Shown here: positions 56,357 through 64,000 of the stretch, piece after piece
Numbering within the stretch: the first letter of the stretch is position 1
How the letters are laid out: every line of letters starts with the position of its first letter
Source: Candidatus Fermentithermobacillaceae bacterium
GTDB taxonomy: Bacteria > Bacillota > Sulfobacillia > Fermentithermobacillales > Fermentithermobacillaceae
Direction: 5' to 3'
DNA: 64,000 nt
NCBI GenBank assembly: GCA_012512325.1
Contig: JAAZEL010000069.1
Location: 1,303-65,302 of the forward strand
Translations under genes and position numbers: made by a program
Notes under the pieces: model-generated
Database searches by the model: none
Told to the model about the DNA's origin: nothing
The model's input: only the letters and a program-made list of their open reading frames with translations

Positions 56357-57067
56357 TTGAAACTGTCAACACGCAAGATCACTGTGGTAGGCCTACTCGG
56401 AGCTTTGACTGTTGCGCTAGGCTTTATGCCCGTGGGAGGATTTATCCCCGTGCCCACCCCTGCAGGTTCGGCAACCACTATGCACATACCTACTATTTTA
56501 GCAGGCATTCTTGAGGGCCCTGGGGCAGGTGCCCTTGTGGGTGGAATCTTTGGCGCGTTCAGTTTTTGGAGGGCCCAGACCAACCCCAACCCTGTGGCCA
56601 AGCTCATGTTTTCAAACCCTCTGATTGCCTTCCTGCCAAGGATCCTGATTGGGGTGGCGTCCCACTATGTGTTTTGCCTTGGCAAGGGTACCTTTGGGCG
56701 GGCTGTGCTGATGTGCGCCACTGTGGCCGCGTTGGGGCACACAGGGTATTGGAGTTTTTCTAACCAACCTTTGGCTTGGCGTTGGGCGGCTGCTATCCTG
56801 CTAGGGGCGGTAGGTGTGCTGGCGATTGTGCTCATCAATCGGAAAAGCGGCAGCCAGGGGCCTGCCTTGGCGGCCATATCAGGCAGCGCCATCAATACCA
56901 TAGGGGTAATGGGGCTTTCAGTGCTGTTCGGATATGTACCGGTGCAAGCGGCGGTGGCGGTGGGAGTTACTCACGGGATACCTGAGGCGTTGGTTGCCAT
57001 GATACTGACGGATTTGATATACAGGGGTACCCGGCGGGTCAGGGGACAGGAGAAGCCTGCAACCTGA
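56357..57067 (+). CDS. ECF-transporter substrate-specific (S) component
   Basis: 236 aa with about 6 TM helices (KITVVGLLGALTVALGFMPVGGFIPV...HIPTILAGILEGPGAGALVGGIFG). TTG start with GGAGGTG RBS. Its position upstream of coaX suggests pantothenate (PanT-like), but the substrate is inferred only from context. Confidence 0.6.
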   Translation: MKLSTRKITVVGLLGALTVALGFMPVGGFIPVPTPAGSATTMHIPTILAGILEGPGAGALVGGIFGAFSFWRAQTNPNPVAKLMFSNPLIAFLPRILIGVASHYVFCLGKGTFGRAVLMCATVAALGHTGYWSFSNQPLAWRWAAAILLGAVGVLAIVLINRKSGSQGPALAAISGSAINTIGVMGLSVLFGYVPVQAAVAVGVTHGIPEALVAMILTDLIYRGTRRVRGQEKPAT

Positions 57068-57095
57068 CGGATTTCGCAGGGAGGGGGAGGTTAAG

Positions 57096-57869
57096 TTGCT
57101 GCTGGCAGTAGATATCGGCAATACACATATAGTGGTCGGGCTGTTGGATGACAGCGGCAAGGTGGTCTGCACTTGGCGGATTGCCGGGCAAAACCACAAG
57201 ACAGAAGACGAATACGGCTTCTTGCTCCAATGGATGCTTGAGCATGCAGGCTGTACCAGGGATGAGTTGACCGGAGCAGTCATAGCATCGGTTGTACCTC
57301 CGCTTACGCCCGTGTTCGAAAAAGCTTTGCGTGTTTACCTGAAAGTCGATCCTCTGGTAGTGGGTCCTGGGACCAAGACGGGTGTCAATATCAGGTACGA
57401 GAATCCCAAAGAGGTAGGGCCGGACAGGATAGCCAACGCAGTGGCAGCCTATCACAAGTATGGCGGGCCTGTGATAGTAGTGGATTTTGGGACTGCCACC
57501 ACCTTTGATGCCATATCTCGGAACGGCGACTACATGGGTGGCGCTATCGCCCCGGGGGTCATGACCGCTACTGATGCCCTGTTCTCCAAAGCGGCCAGGT
57601 TGCCCAGGATTGAACTGGTCAGGCCGCCCCAGGCCATCGGCAAGACCACGGTTCAGAGCATGCAGTCGGGCATAATCTTCGGATTTGCAGGCCAGACGGA
57701 TGCCCTGGTAAAACGGATATCGGCCGAACTGGGCGGCAACCCGAGGGTCGTGGCTACAGGAGGACTTGCCCAGCTTGTGGCTGCAGAGTCGGAGACCATA
57801 ACTGATGTTGATCCCACCTTGACCCTTGAGGGCCTGCACTTGATCCACAAAATGAATGCCAGGGCGTAA
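57096..57869 (+). CDS. coaX: type III pantothenate kinase
   Basis: MLLAVDIGNTHIVVGL (ASKHA fold, Bvg accessory factor family). Confidence 0.9.
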   Translation: MLLAVDIGNTHIVVGLLDDSGKVVCTWRIAGQNHKTEDEYGFLLQWMLEHAGCTRDELTGAVIASVVPPLTPVFEKALRVYLKVDPLVVGPGTKTGVNIRYENPKEVGPDRIANAVAAYHKYGGPVIVVDFGTATTFDAISRNGDYMGGAIAPGVMTATDALFSKAARLPRIELVRPPQAIGKTTVQSMQSGIIFGFAGQTDALVKRISAELGGNPRVVATGGLAQLVAAESETITDVDPTLTLEGLHLIHKMNARA

Positions 57870-57871
57870 GC

Positions 57872-57895
57872 GAGAGAGGCCTTGTGGCCTCTCTC
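57872..57895. terminator. bidirectional Rho-independent terminator between coaX (+) and the DUF1540 gene (-): stem GAGAGAGGCC/GGCCTCTCTC, loop TTGT
   Basis: Read directly from the sequence. Confidence 0.6.
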
Positions 57896-57915
57896 GGCAA
57901 CTTGTAAGCCTGCAA

Positions 57916-58233
57916 TCAGGTTAACTTGGGTGAGCCCCTGGGCCTGAAAGTCCTGCAACAAGTAGCTTCTGAGGTTCGGGCGGAATGGCCTTTCCCTGGG
58001 TCCGTTGTCCCGACCATACCCGTTTCCGCTTCGTGACGGTCCTTTTGCGAGTGGGCTCCTGACCCTCCTCGGTCAAGATACCCGGTATCACCGGGGAAAT
58101 CCAGGGATGACACTTCCATTCGGGTGGTGTCAGACCGCATCCGGTCTTGGTCTATGAGGATGGTGTCGGCCTTGCACACATCACCCTGGCCCCAGTAATG
58201 GCATGAGCTGACCTTGCATTTTACCTCGGTCAA
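57916..58233 (-). CDS. DUF1540-domain protein
   Basis: MTEVKCKVSSCHYWGQGDVCKADTILID is a DUF1540 Cys motif (CxVxxCxYW...C). Confidence 0.6.
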   Translation of the reverse strand: MTEVKCKVSSCHYWGQGDVCKADTILIDQDRMRSDTTRMEVSSLDFPGDTGYLDRGGSGAHSQKDRHEAETGMVGTTDPGKGHSARTSEATCCRTFRPRGSPKLT

Positions 58234-58341
58234 AACGGGTTCACCTCCTAACGCTACTAGTTTTGCCTTATCGCTTGGCCGGCTATCCAGTAAAGGAATT
58301 GCTCAGGTGGGGTAGAATGTAGGATACAAGGGGGTTAAGAT

Positions 58342-59721
58342 ATGAACCGGATAAATCCTCTGATCTTCAGGGAATACGACATCCGCGGCTTGGTCGGCGA
58401 AGACCTCACAGAGAGCAACGCATACATAATCGGACGCGCATACGGTACATTTCTAAGACAGCACAACATCGACTCTGCTGTATTGGCCCGGGACAACCGG
58501 TTGTCGTCCTACGCGTATTCAAGAGCCGTACTGGAAGCTTTTTGCGATACAGGTATAGACGTCACAGACATCGGGATGACGGTGACACCCGTGTTCTACT
58601 TCTCCAGGATGAAATATGGCATCGAGGGAGGCGTAATGGTCACAGGAAGCCACAACCCTCCCGAGTTTAACGGCTTCAAGCTAGGGTTTGGACGGGACAC
58701 CCTTTTCGGCCAAGGGATCCAGGCAGTCAGGGAAATCGCGGAAGCAGGTGATTTCGAAAGCGGCTCAGGCTCTGTGACCGAAAAAGACCCCCTGCCCGAT
58801 TATGCAGAGGATATCGCAGGAAGGATACAGCTTGGCCCCAAACGGGTTTTCTGCATTGTGGACGCCGGCAACGGCGCCGCAGGGCCCGTTGCCCGTAAGG
58901 CGTTGGACAGTATAGGGGCCAGGTATGAAGGGTTATTCTTCGAGCCTGACGGAAATTTTCCCAGCCATCACCCTGATCCTACCCAGGTCTGCAATCTTGA
59001 GCACCTTATCAGGAGGGTAAGGGAAACCAACGCTGACCTCGGGATAGCCTTCGACGGCGATGCCGACAGGATCGGGGTGGTTGACAGTTCTGGTAAACCT
59101 GTGTGGGGTGATGAGCTCCAGACTGTATTCTGGCGGGAGATACTGGCAAAGCACCCTGGCGCCCGCGCCCTGATAGAAGTTAAGTGCTCCCAAGCCCTAG
59201 TTGACGTGGTGGAGGAGCTTGGCGGAAAACCCGAATTTACTCGCACAGGGCACTCGCTGATCAAAGCGCGGATGAGAGAAACAGGGGCTCTCTTCACAGG
59301 TGAGATGTCAGGGCATATGTTTTTCAGGGATGAATACTATGGTTTTGACGATGCTATCTATGCAGCGGCAAGGCTGTTGCGCCTCTTATCCAATTCGGAC
59401 AAGAGCCTTGATGAGCTAATCAGCCTGGTGCCCAAGTACCACTCAACCCCCGAGGTCAGGGTAGCTTGCCCTGACGATTGCAAGTTCAAGGTGGTTGACA
59501 GCCTCAGGGATGAGCTTTCACGCGAATACGAGACCATCACCGTTGATGGTGTAAGGGCAGTATTTCCCGGCGGCTGGGGACTGGTACGCGCCTCCAATAC
59601 CCAGCCTGCATTGGTGCTCAGGGCGGAAGGCAGGACCCCGTCGCACCTGGAAGACATCAAGGGAATCCTGGAGGAAAAAATTGCAAAGTATCCTCAGGTT
59701 GGCCGCATAATATGGAATTAG
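58342..59721 (+). CDS. phosphomannomutase/phosphoglucomutase-family enzyme
   Basis: Active-site TGSHNPPEFNGFK and a Mg-binding FDGDADR motif. Confidence 0.85.
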   Translation: MNRINPLIFREYDIRGLVGEDLTESNAYIIGRAYGTFLRQHNIDSAVLARDNRLSSYAYSRAVLEAFCDTGIDVTDIGMTVTPVFYFSRMKYGIEGGVMVTGSHNPPEFNGFKLGFGRDTLFGQGIQAVREIAEAGDFESGSGSVTEKDPLPDYAEDIAGRIQLGPKRVFCIVDAGNGAAGPVARKALDSIGARYEGLFFEPDGNFPSHHPDPTQVCNLEHLIRRVRETNADLGIAFDGDADRIGVVDSSGKPVWGDELQTVFWREILAKHPGARALIEVKCSQALVDVVEELGGKPEFTRTGHSLIKARMRETGALFTGEMSGHMFFRDEYYGFDDAIYAAARLLRLLSNSDKSLDELISLVPKYHSTPEVRVACPDDCKFKVVDSLRDELSREYETITVDGVRAVFPGGWGLVRASNTQPALVLRAEGRTPSHLEDIKGILEEKIAKYPQVGRIIWN

Positions 59722-59726
59722 GAGGG

Positions 59727-60149
59727 ATGAGATTGATCCAGGTCACCGTCGATAGAATCGGACTTGATCAGACTGCCGATCAAGCGGTAGTGTTGCTTGG
59801 AGATCTTACCAGGACCACCTTTGTTCCTATATGGATACGGGCCCCAGAAGCAACCGCCATTGCCCTTCCCCTCCAGGGTATTAAGCCTCCGAGGCCCTTG
59901 ACCGCTGACCTGGTGATAAGCGTGGCAGAGCACTTGGGCGCAGAGATCGTGATGGCAAAGATCGATTCAATCAAGAATGACACCTTTTACGCTTCTTTGG
60001 TGCTGTCGAAGGGTGAGGAAACCATTGACATCGACTGCAGGCCTTCCGATGCCATCGCCGTTGCCCTCAGGAAGGAAGCTCCCATATATGTAGATGAGAA
60101 AGTCATGGCCGAAGCGGGTATTGCGGCTGAAGACTCACAAGTTCAATGA
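59727..60149 (+). CDS. bifunctional nuclease family protein (DUF151)
   Basis: MRLIQVTVDRIGLDQTADQAVVLL...FVPIWIRAPEATAIAL...DCRPSDAIAVALR. Confidence 0.7.
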   Translation: MRLIQVTVDRIGLDQTADQAVVLLGDLTRTTFVPIWIRAPEATAIALPLQGIKPPRPLTADLVISVAEHLGAEIVMAKIDSIKNDTFYASLVLSKGEETIDIDCRPSDAIAVALRKEAPIYVDEKVMAEAGIAAEDSQVQ

Positions 60150-60241
60150 TACCGGACAGGTGAACAGACTTGAAACAAACCGAGCTTGAGCGGGCAAGGG
60201 TGGATCAGAAGACGACGAAACAAACACTGTCTGAGCAGGCC

Positions 60242-61231
60242 ATGAAACCATTACGTTTTGGACACCTCGTCATATGGCCTCCTTTTGTAGCGGCCCCCTT
60301 CGCCGGGTACACAGATGGTGTCTACAGGGAGATCTTGCGGGAGTTCGGTTGCCCGTATTGCTATACCGAAATGGTCAGCGCCAAGGGCTTGGTTATGGGG
60401 GGCGAAGCCACCTTGGCCCTGTTGGAGCATTCGGAGCACGATCGGCCCCTTGCAGTGCAATTGTTCGGTTCTGAGCCTGAAGATATCTCGGAAGCGATCC
60501 GGGCGATTCATCAAGCGGACGTACCATTTGATGCTGTGGACATAAACATGGGTTGCCCGGCCAAGAAGGTTACTTCACAGGGAGCAGGCGGCGCCTTGCT
60601 CAAGGATATTTCCCGGGCCGAGGCAATGATACAGGCGGCAAAGAGCGCTACCAGACTTCCGGTGTCTGTGAAGATCAGGATAGGGTGGTCCGGCGGTGAA
60701 AGGGCAGTCGAGATAGCGTCACGCTTGGAAGCCGCCGGTGCGGATATGATTGCGGTTCACGGACGAACGGTGGCTCAGGGTTACAGTGGCGAAGCGGACT
60801 GGGGTACCATCGCCAGGGTGGCCCGGAGCCTTAACATACCGGTAGTGGGCAACGGCGACGTTACAGCTCCCCGCCAGGGTCTCAAACTGCTCGGCGAGTC
60901 AGGATGTTCAGGGATAATGGTCGGAAGGGGCATATTGGGCAACCCGTTTTTCTTCAGAAGCCTTTATCAAACCCTCCGAGGGAGTGAGCCCGAGCCGGCT
61001 GCCGCCGGCGAGCGTTTTATCCTTGCCATAGACCATTTGCATCGGGCAGCCCAAAGGTACGGCGAGCGCCGTGCGATGCTTGAACTCAGGAAACACCTTG
61101 CTTTCTACTTCAAAGGAATGAAAGGGGCATCCAAGCTCCGGACGGCCATGAACGGCGCCAGGTCCTGGTCGGAACTGGTTGATACCATAAGGCATGCTTC
61201 TCGGTGCTTTGGGAATGAACTCCACATGTAG
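60242..61231 (+). CDS. dusB: tRNA-dihydrouridine synthase B
   Basis: PFVAAPFAGYTDGVYREI, TIM-barrel FMN site (NMGCPAKKV) and a KIRIGW motif. Confidence 0.85.
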   Translation: MKPLRFGHLVIWPPFVAAPFAGYTDGVYREILREFGCPYCYTEMVSAKGLVMGGEATLALLEHSEHDRPLAVQLFGSEPEDISEAIRAIHQADVPFDAVDINMGCPAKKVTSQGAGGALLKDISRAEAMIQAAKSATRLPVSVKIRIGWSGGERAVEIASRLEAAGADMIAVHGRTVAQGYSGEADWGTIARVARSLNIPVVGNGDVTAPRQGLKLLGESGCSGIMVGRGILGNPFFFRSLYQTLRGSEPEPAAAGERFILAIDHLHRAAQRYGERRAMLELRKHLAFYFKGMKGASKLRTAMNGARSWSELVDTIRHASRCFGNELHM

Positions 61232-61341
61232 ATCCCTTTCCCAAGCAGAACCTTCCCACGGGTCGTTTGGGTAACCGCTTTTTGTTTGTACTTCCACTTG
61301 CTTCAGAGAATCGCCCTTGATATGATATTGTACACTAGATT

Positions 61342-61902
61342 GTGCACATGAATGGTAGGGATGGGGCTGTGGAATTCGTGCGGATAGGCGACAAGGTTAT
61401 CAGTCGCCAGAAGATCGATGAAGCGATAGACGAGATATTGAGTCTACGGGTCCAAGGCATGTCCCAGGCTGAGGTAGCAGGAATAACCGGTGTGGACAGG
61501 ACCTTTATTTCCCGCCTTGAGACCTTGGGGGAGATAAGGAAAGGCGGGTCTATTGCAATAATCGGCTTCCCCATAGCCAACTGCGAGGAAATCCGCGAGC
61601 TTGCCGCCGATGAAGGTGTGGATTTCGTGCTGCTCATGAGTGACAGGGAGCGATGGGATTGGGTGAGGAGCAAGAACGGAGCAGACCTGCTCAACGAGCT
61701 GCTTAAGCTCATCAACACCGTGCGGGGTTTCGACAAGGTGATTCTGATAGGCTCTGACAAGAGGCTTGAGCTAATGAAGGGACTCCTCGACAGGCACGCC
61801 CAGGTTTCTACCATAGTGATCGGCCGATCGCCCATGACAGGGGATGTGTATTTGAACCCTGGGCTATTGCGGGAAATGATCGCCAAACTCAAGGGGCAAT
61901 AA
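61342..61902 (+). CDS. HTH-domain protein of unknown function (N-terminal sigma-70 r4-like HTH, C-terminal Rossmann-like domain)
   Basis: LSLRVQGMSQAEVAGITGVDRTFISRLE HTH; no family assignment. Confidence 0.5.
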   Translation: MHMNGRDGAVEFVRIGDKVISRQKIDEAIDEILSLRVQGMSQAEVAGITGVDRTFISRLETLGEIRKGGSIAIIGFPIANCEEIRELAADEGVDFVLLMSDRERWDWVRSKNGADLLNELLKLINTVRGFDKVILIGSDKRLELMKGLLDRHAQVSTIVIGRSPMTGDVYLNPGLLREMIAKLKGQ

Positions 61903-61914
61903 GGGGGCGCTATT

Positions 61915-62847
61915 GTGAAGCACATAGTGAGCGTGAGCATTGGTTCGTCTAAGCGTGACAAACGGACTGAACAGGAACTCCTGGGCGAAAAGGTAATTGT
62001 GGAGAGGATAGGCACCGACGGATCCATTGAGAAGGCAATTCAAATCATACGCCGGCTGGACGGCAAAGTGGACGCGTTTGGGATGGGCGGAATAGACCTG
62101 CACATCGCATGCGGCAGGAAAAGATATACCCTGAAAGACGCAATTCCCATTGCAAAAGCCGCACAGAAGACTCCCATTGTAGACGGTTCCAGATTGAAGG
62201 GTACCTTGGAGCGCAGGGTCATCCGGTATTTGGATCGGCATGGCGTAGTGGATTTCAAGAATAAGACGGTGCTGCTGGTATGCGCCATGGACCGCTTCGG
62301 TATGGCTGAAGCCCTGCAGGACACAGGGTGTGACTTGATACTGGGCGACTTCGTTTTTGTACTCAACTTACCCTTTCCCTTGCGTTCTTTGAACGCCCTG
62401 GACAGGGTGGCAAGGCTTGTTGCGCCCATCGCTGTCAAGTTGCCCTTTTCCATGCTTTACCCCACGGGTGACAAGCAAAACGGGAATAAGGGCAAGAACA
62501 CATTGCAGGCCAAGTACTACCATCAGGCTGACGTGATTGCCGGCGATTTCCACTATATCAAGCGGTATATGCCCGATGATGGTATAGCCGGCAAGATCAT
62601 CATTACTAATACGGTAACCGAAGAAGACGTACAATGGCTTAAGCAGTTGGGGGCAGGCACTCTCATCACCACTACGCCCGAAATGGATGGGCGTTCTTTC
62701 GGGACCAATGTAATGGAAGGGCTGATCGTCGCCCTGCTGGGCAAAGCTCCTGACGATATTACCGACCAGGAGATAAATGAAGTCTTGGACAGGTTGAACT
62801 TCAAGCCGAGAGTGGAAATCCTGAATTCTGCTCAAACTTCAACATAA
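61915..62847 (+). CDS. conserved uncharacterised protein (family often annotated 'quinate 5-dehydrogenase-like')
   Basis: MKHIVSVSIGSSKRDK...FGMGGIDLHI N-terminal signature; the family name is from memory only. Confidence 0.45.
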   Translation: MKHIVSVSIGSSKRDKRTEQELLGEKVIVERIGTDGSIEKAIQIIRRLDGKVDAFGMGGIDLHIACGRKRYTLKDAIPIAKAAQKTPIVDGSRLKGTLERRVIRYLDRHGVVDFKNKTVLLVCAMDRFGMAEALQDTGCDLILGDFVFVLNLPFPLRSLNALDRVARLVAPIAVKLPFSMLYPTGDKQNGNKGKNTLQAKYYHQADVIAGDFHYIKRYMPDDGIAGKIIITNTVTEEDVQWLKQLGAGTLITTTPEMDGRSFGTNVMEGLIVALLGKAPDDITDQEINEVLDRLNFKPRVEILNSAQTST

Positions 62848-62900
62848 CAGACCTCCTCCAATACCTGATTTGCATGTTGCTTGAAGGAAGTGACCTTGCT

Positions 62901-63980
62901 ATGGGTAGTTTTGCTTTTATTGTCCATCCGATTGAAGTAGCCGATGTAGCGCGCAAGTTTCCGGTAGCCAAATACCTTCCGCAGAGGCTTGTGGAGGCCG
63001 CGCTTAAGCTTGTGCCTCCTTTCAAGCTTTCCGAGATCACAGGGGTCAGATCTGAACACGGGACCGCTTCCGGATGGTTTATATCGTGTCCGCTTACTCC
63101 CTCCATGATGCTACGCTTGCCCGAAGATGTGGTTATGAAGAAGATAATCCACGCCGCAAAGATAGCCCAGGATTTGGGGGCCAAAATCGTCGGGCTGGGT
63201 GCGTTTACCGCCGTGGTGGGCGACGCAGGAATAACGGTCAGCCGCAGCGTGGACATTGCCGTGACCACAGGAAATGCCTATACAGTGGCCACCGCAATAG
63301 AAGGCACTATAAAGGCGGCAGGTTTGATTGGCATAGACATGGAAGAGGCCGAAGTGCTTGTCCTCGGCGCAACCGGTTCCATCGGGCGGGTATTGGCTTT
63401 GATCCTTGCCTACAGGGGATACAAGCTCACCTTGGCTGCACGCAACGTATACCGGCTTGAAAAGGTTGCTCAACGGATTACAAAGGAAACCGGAGTAGTC
63501 CCGCGGGTTACCCGCGATGTAAAGCAAGCCGTAAGAAGGGCCGATGTGATCTTGTGTGTCAGTTCCGCTGTGGACGTTCTGGTAGAGCCTGAAGACCTAA
63601 AGCCCGGGGCGCTGGTGTGTGACGTTGCGCGGCCGCGAAATGTGTCAGTTGAAGTCAAACATAAGAGAAAAGACGTATTGGTAATAGAAGGCGGAATCGT
63701 GAAAGTACCCGGCGACGTTGAGTTCAACTTCGATTTCGGCTTCCCGAAGGGCCATAGCTATGCGTGCATGGCCGAAACCATGATCCTTGCCCTGGAAGAG
63801 AAATACGAAAACTGGTCCCTGGGGCGGGACCTGTCGGTGGCTCAGGTGAGCGGAATTGCGGAATTGGCAAGAAAACACGGCTTTGAACTTGCAGGCTTCA
63901 GGAGTTTTGAGAAACCTGTGACCCGGGAAGAAATAGAGATGGTGAACAGAAACGCACTGGTTAACGATAGTTACAGGTGA
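62901..63980 (+). CDS. shikimate/quinate-dehydrogenase-like NAD(P)-binding protein
   Basis: Rossmann motif VLVLGATGSIGRVLALIL and a fold-typical ...CVSSAVDVL... segment. The ORF track starts at 62874. Confidence 0.5.
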   Translation: MGSFAFIVHPIEVADVARKFPVAKYLPQRLVEAALKLVPPFKLSEITGVRSEHGTASGWFISCPLTPSMMLRLPEDVVMKKIIHAAKIAQDLGAKIVGLGAFTAVVGDAGITVSRSVDIAVTTGNAYTVATAIEGTIKAAGLIGIDMEEAEVLVLGATGSIGRVLALILAYRGYKLTLAARNVYRLEKVAQRITKETGVVPRVTRDVKQAVRRADVILCVSSAVDVLVEPEDLKPGALVCDVARPRNVSVEVKHKRKDVLVIEGGIVKVPGDVEFNFDFGFPKGHSYACMAETMILALEEKYENWSLGRDLSVAQVSGIAELARKHGFELAGFRSFEKPVTREEIEMVNRNALVNDSYR

Positions 63981-64000
63981 TTGGAGTGCGCCGCATCTTG

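Noticed and set aside
57039-57848. 269-aa minus-strand ORF opposite coaX
   Set aside because: coaX has canonical ASKHA motifs and a good RBS on the + strand, while the antisense product is Gly/Arg/Pro-rich nonsense.
1-64000. CRISPR arrays or rRNA operons
   Set aside because: No regularly spaced direct repeats and no rRNA-like sequence were seen. The only short repeats are the 64-bp duplication at 11.4 kb and the low-complexity Gly/Ser/Pro linker of copA.

Overview
This window is a Firmicutes (Clostridia-like) endospore-former with a moderately high GC (estimated by eye at roughly 55-60%). The backbone is syntenic with the origin-proximal Bacillus subtilis region yaaO-tmk-darA-holB-ricT-rsmI-abrB ... 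tatD-yabE-ksgA-veg-ispE-glmU-prs-ctc-pth-mfd-spoVT-yabM-mazG-hbs-yabO-yabPQ-divIC-yabR-tRNA-spoIIE-tilS-ftsH-coaX-dusB. Lineage-specific insertions interrupt that backbone: a MoxR/DUF58/DUF4129 triad with a divergent S1-like protease between veg and ispE; a tRNA-Leu, Cys-rich hypothetical, copA-csoR and mgtC block after yabR; a methyltransferase, M16 peptidase pair, hutI-like amidohydrolase, fhs, S58 peptidase and ECF-S block between ftsH and coaX; and a DUF1540 gene, phosphomannomutase/phosphoglucomutase and DUF151 nuclease between coaX and dusB. The segment most likely to hold something new is a lower-GC accessory island at about 37.2-41.7 kb. It lies between mgtC and the 3' ends of tRNA-Lys and tRNA-Met. 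It carries a Dam-family m6A methyltransferase, decayed ABC-transporter remnants, an unknown protein fused in-frame to an ABC ATPase tail, a Panacea-like/DUF488 fusion protein translationally overlapping that unknown, and a split GmrSD-like (DUF262 plus DUF1524) type IV restriction module. No integrase or transposase is visible. Other sequence-level observations: a cluster of DnaA boxes on the promoter of a small GerE/LuxR-type HTH gene inside a locally inverted yabP-yabQ-HTH-divIC segment; an AbrB paralogue whose C-terminal domain is replaced by a Cys4 zinc ribbon; a copA promoter carrying a CsoR-type GC-rich inverted repeat; and a hutI-like amidohydrolase next to formate-THF ligase. No CRISPR arrays or rRNA genes were seen; three tRNAs were found.
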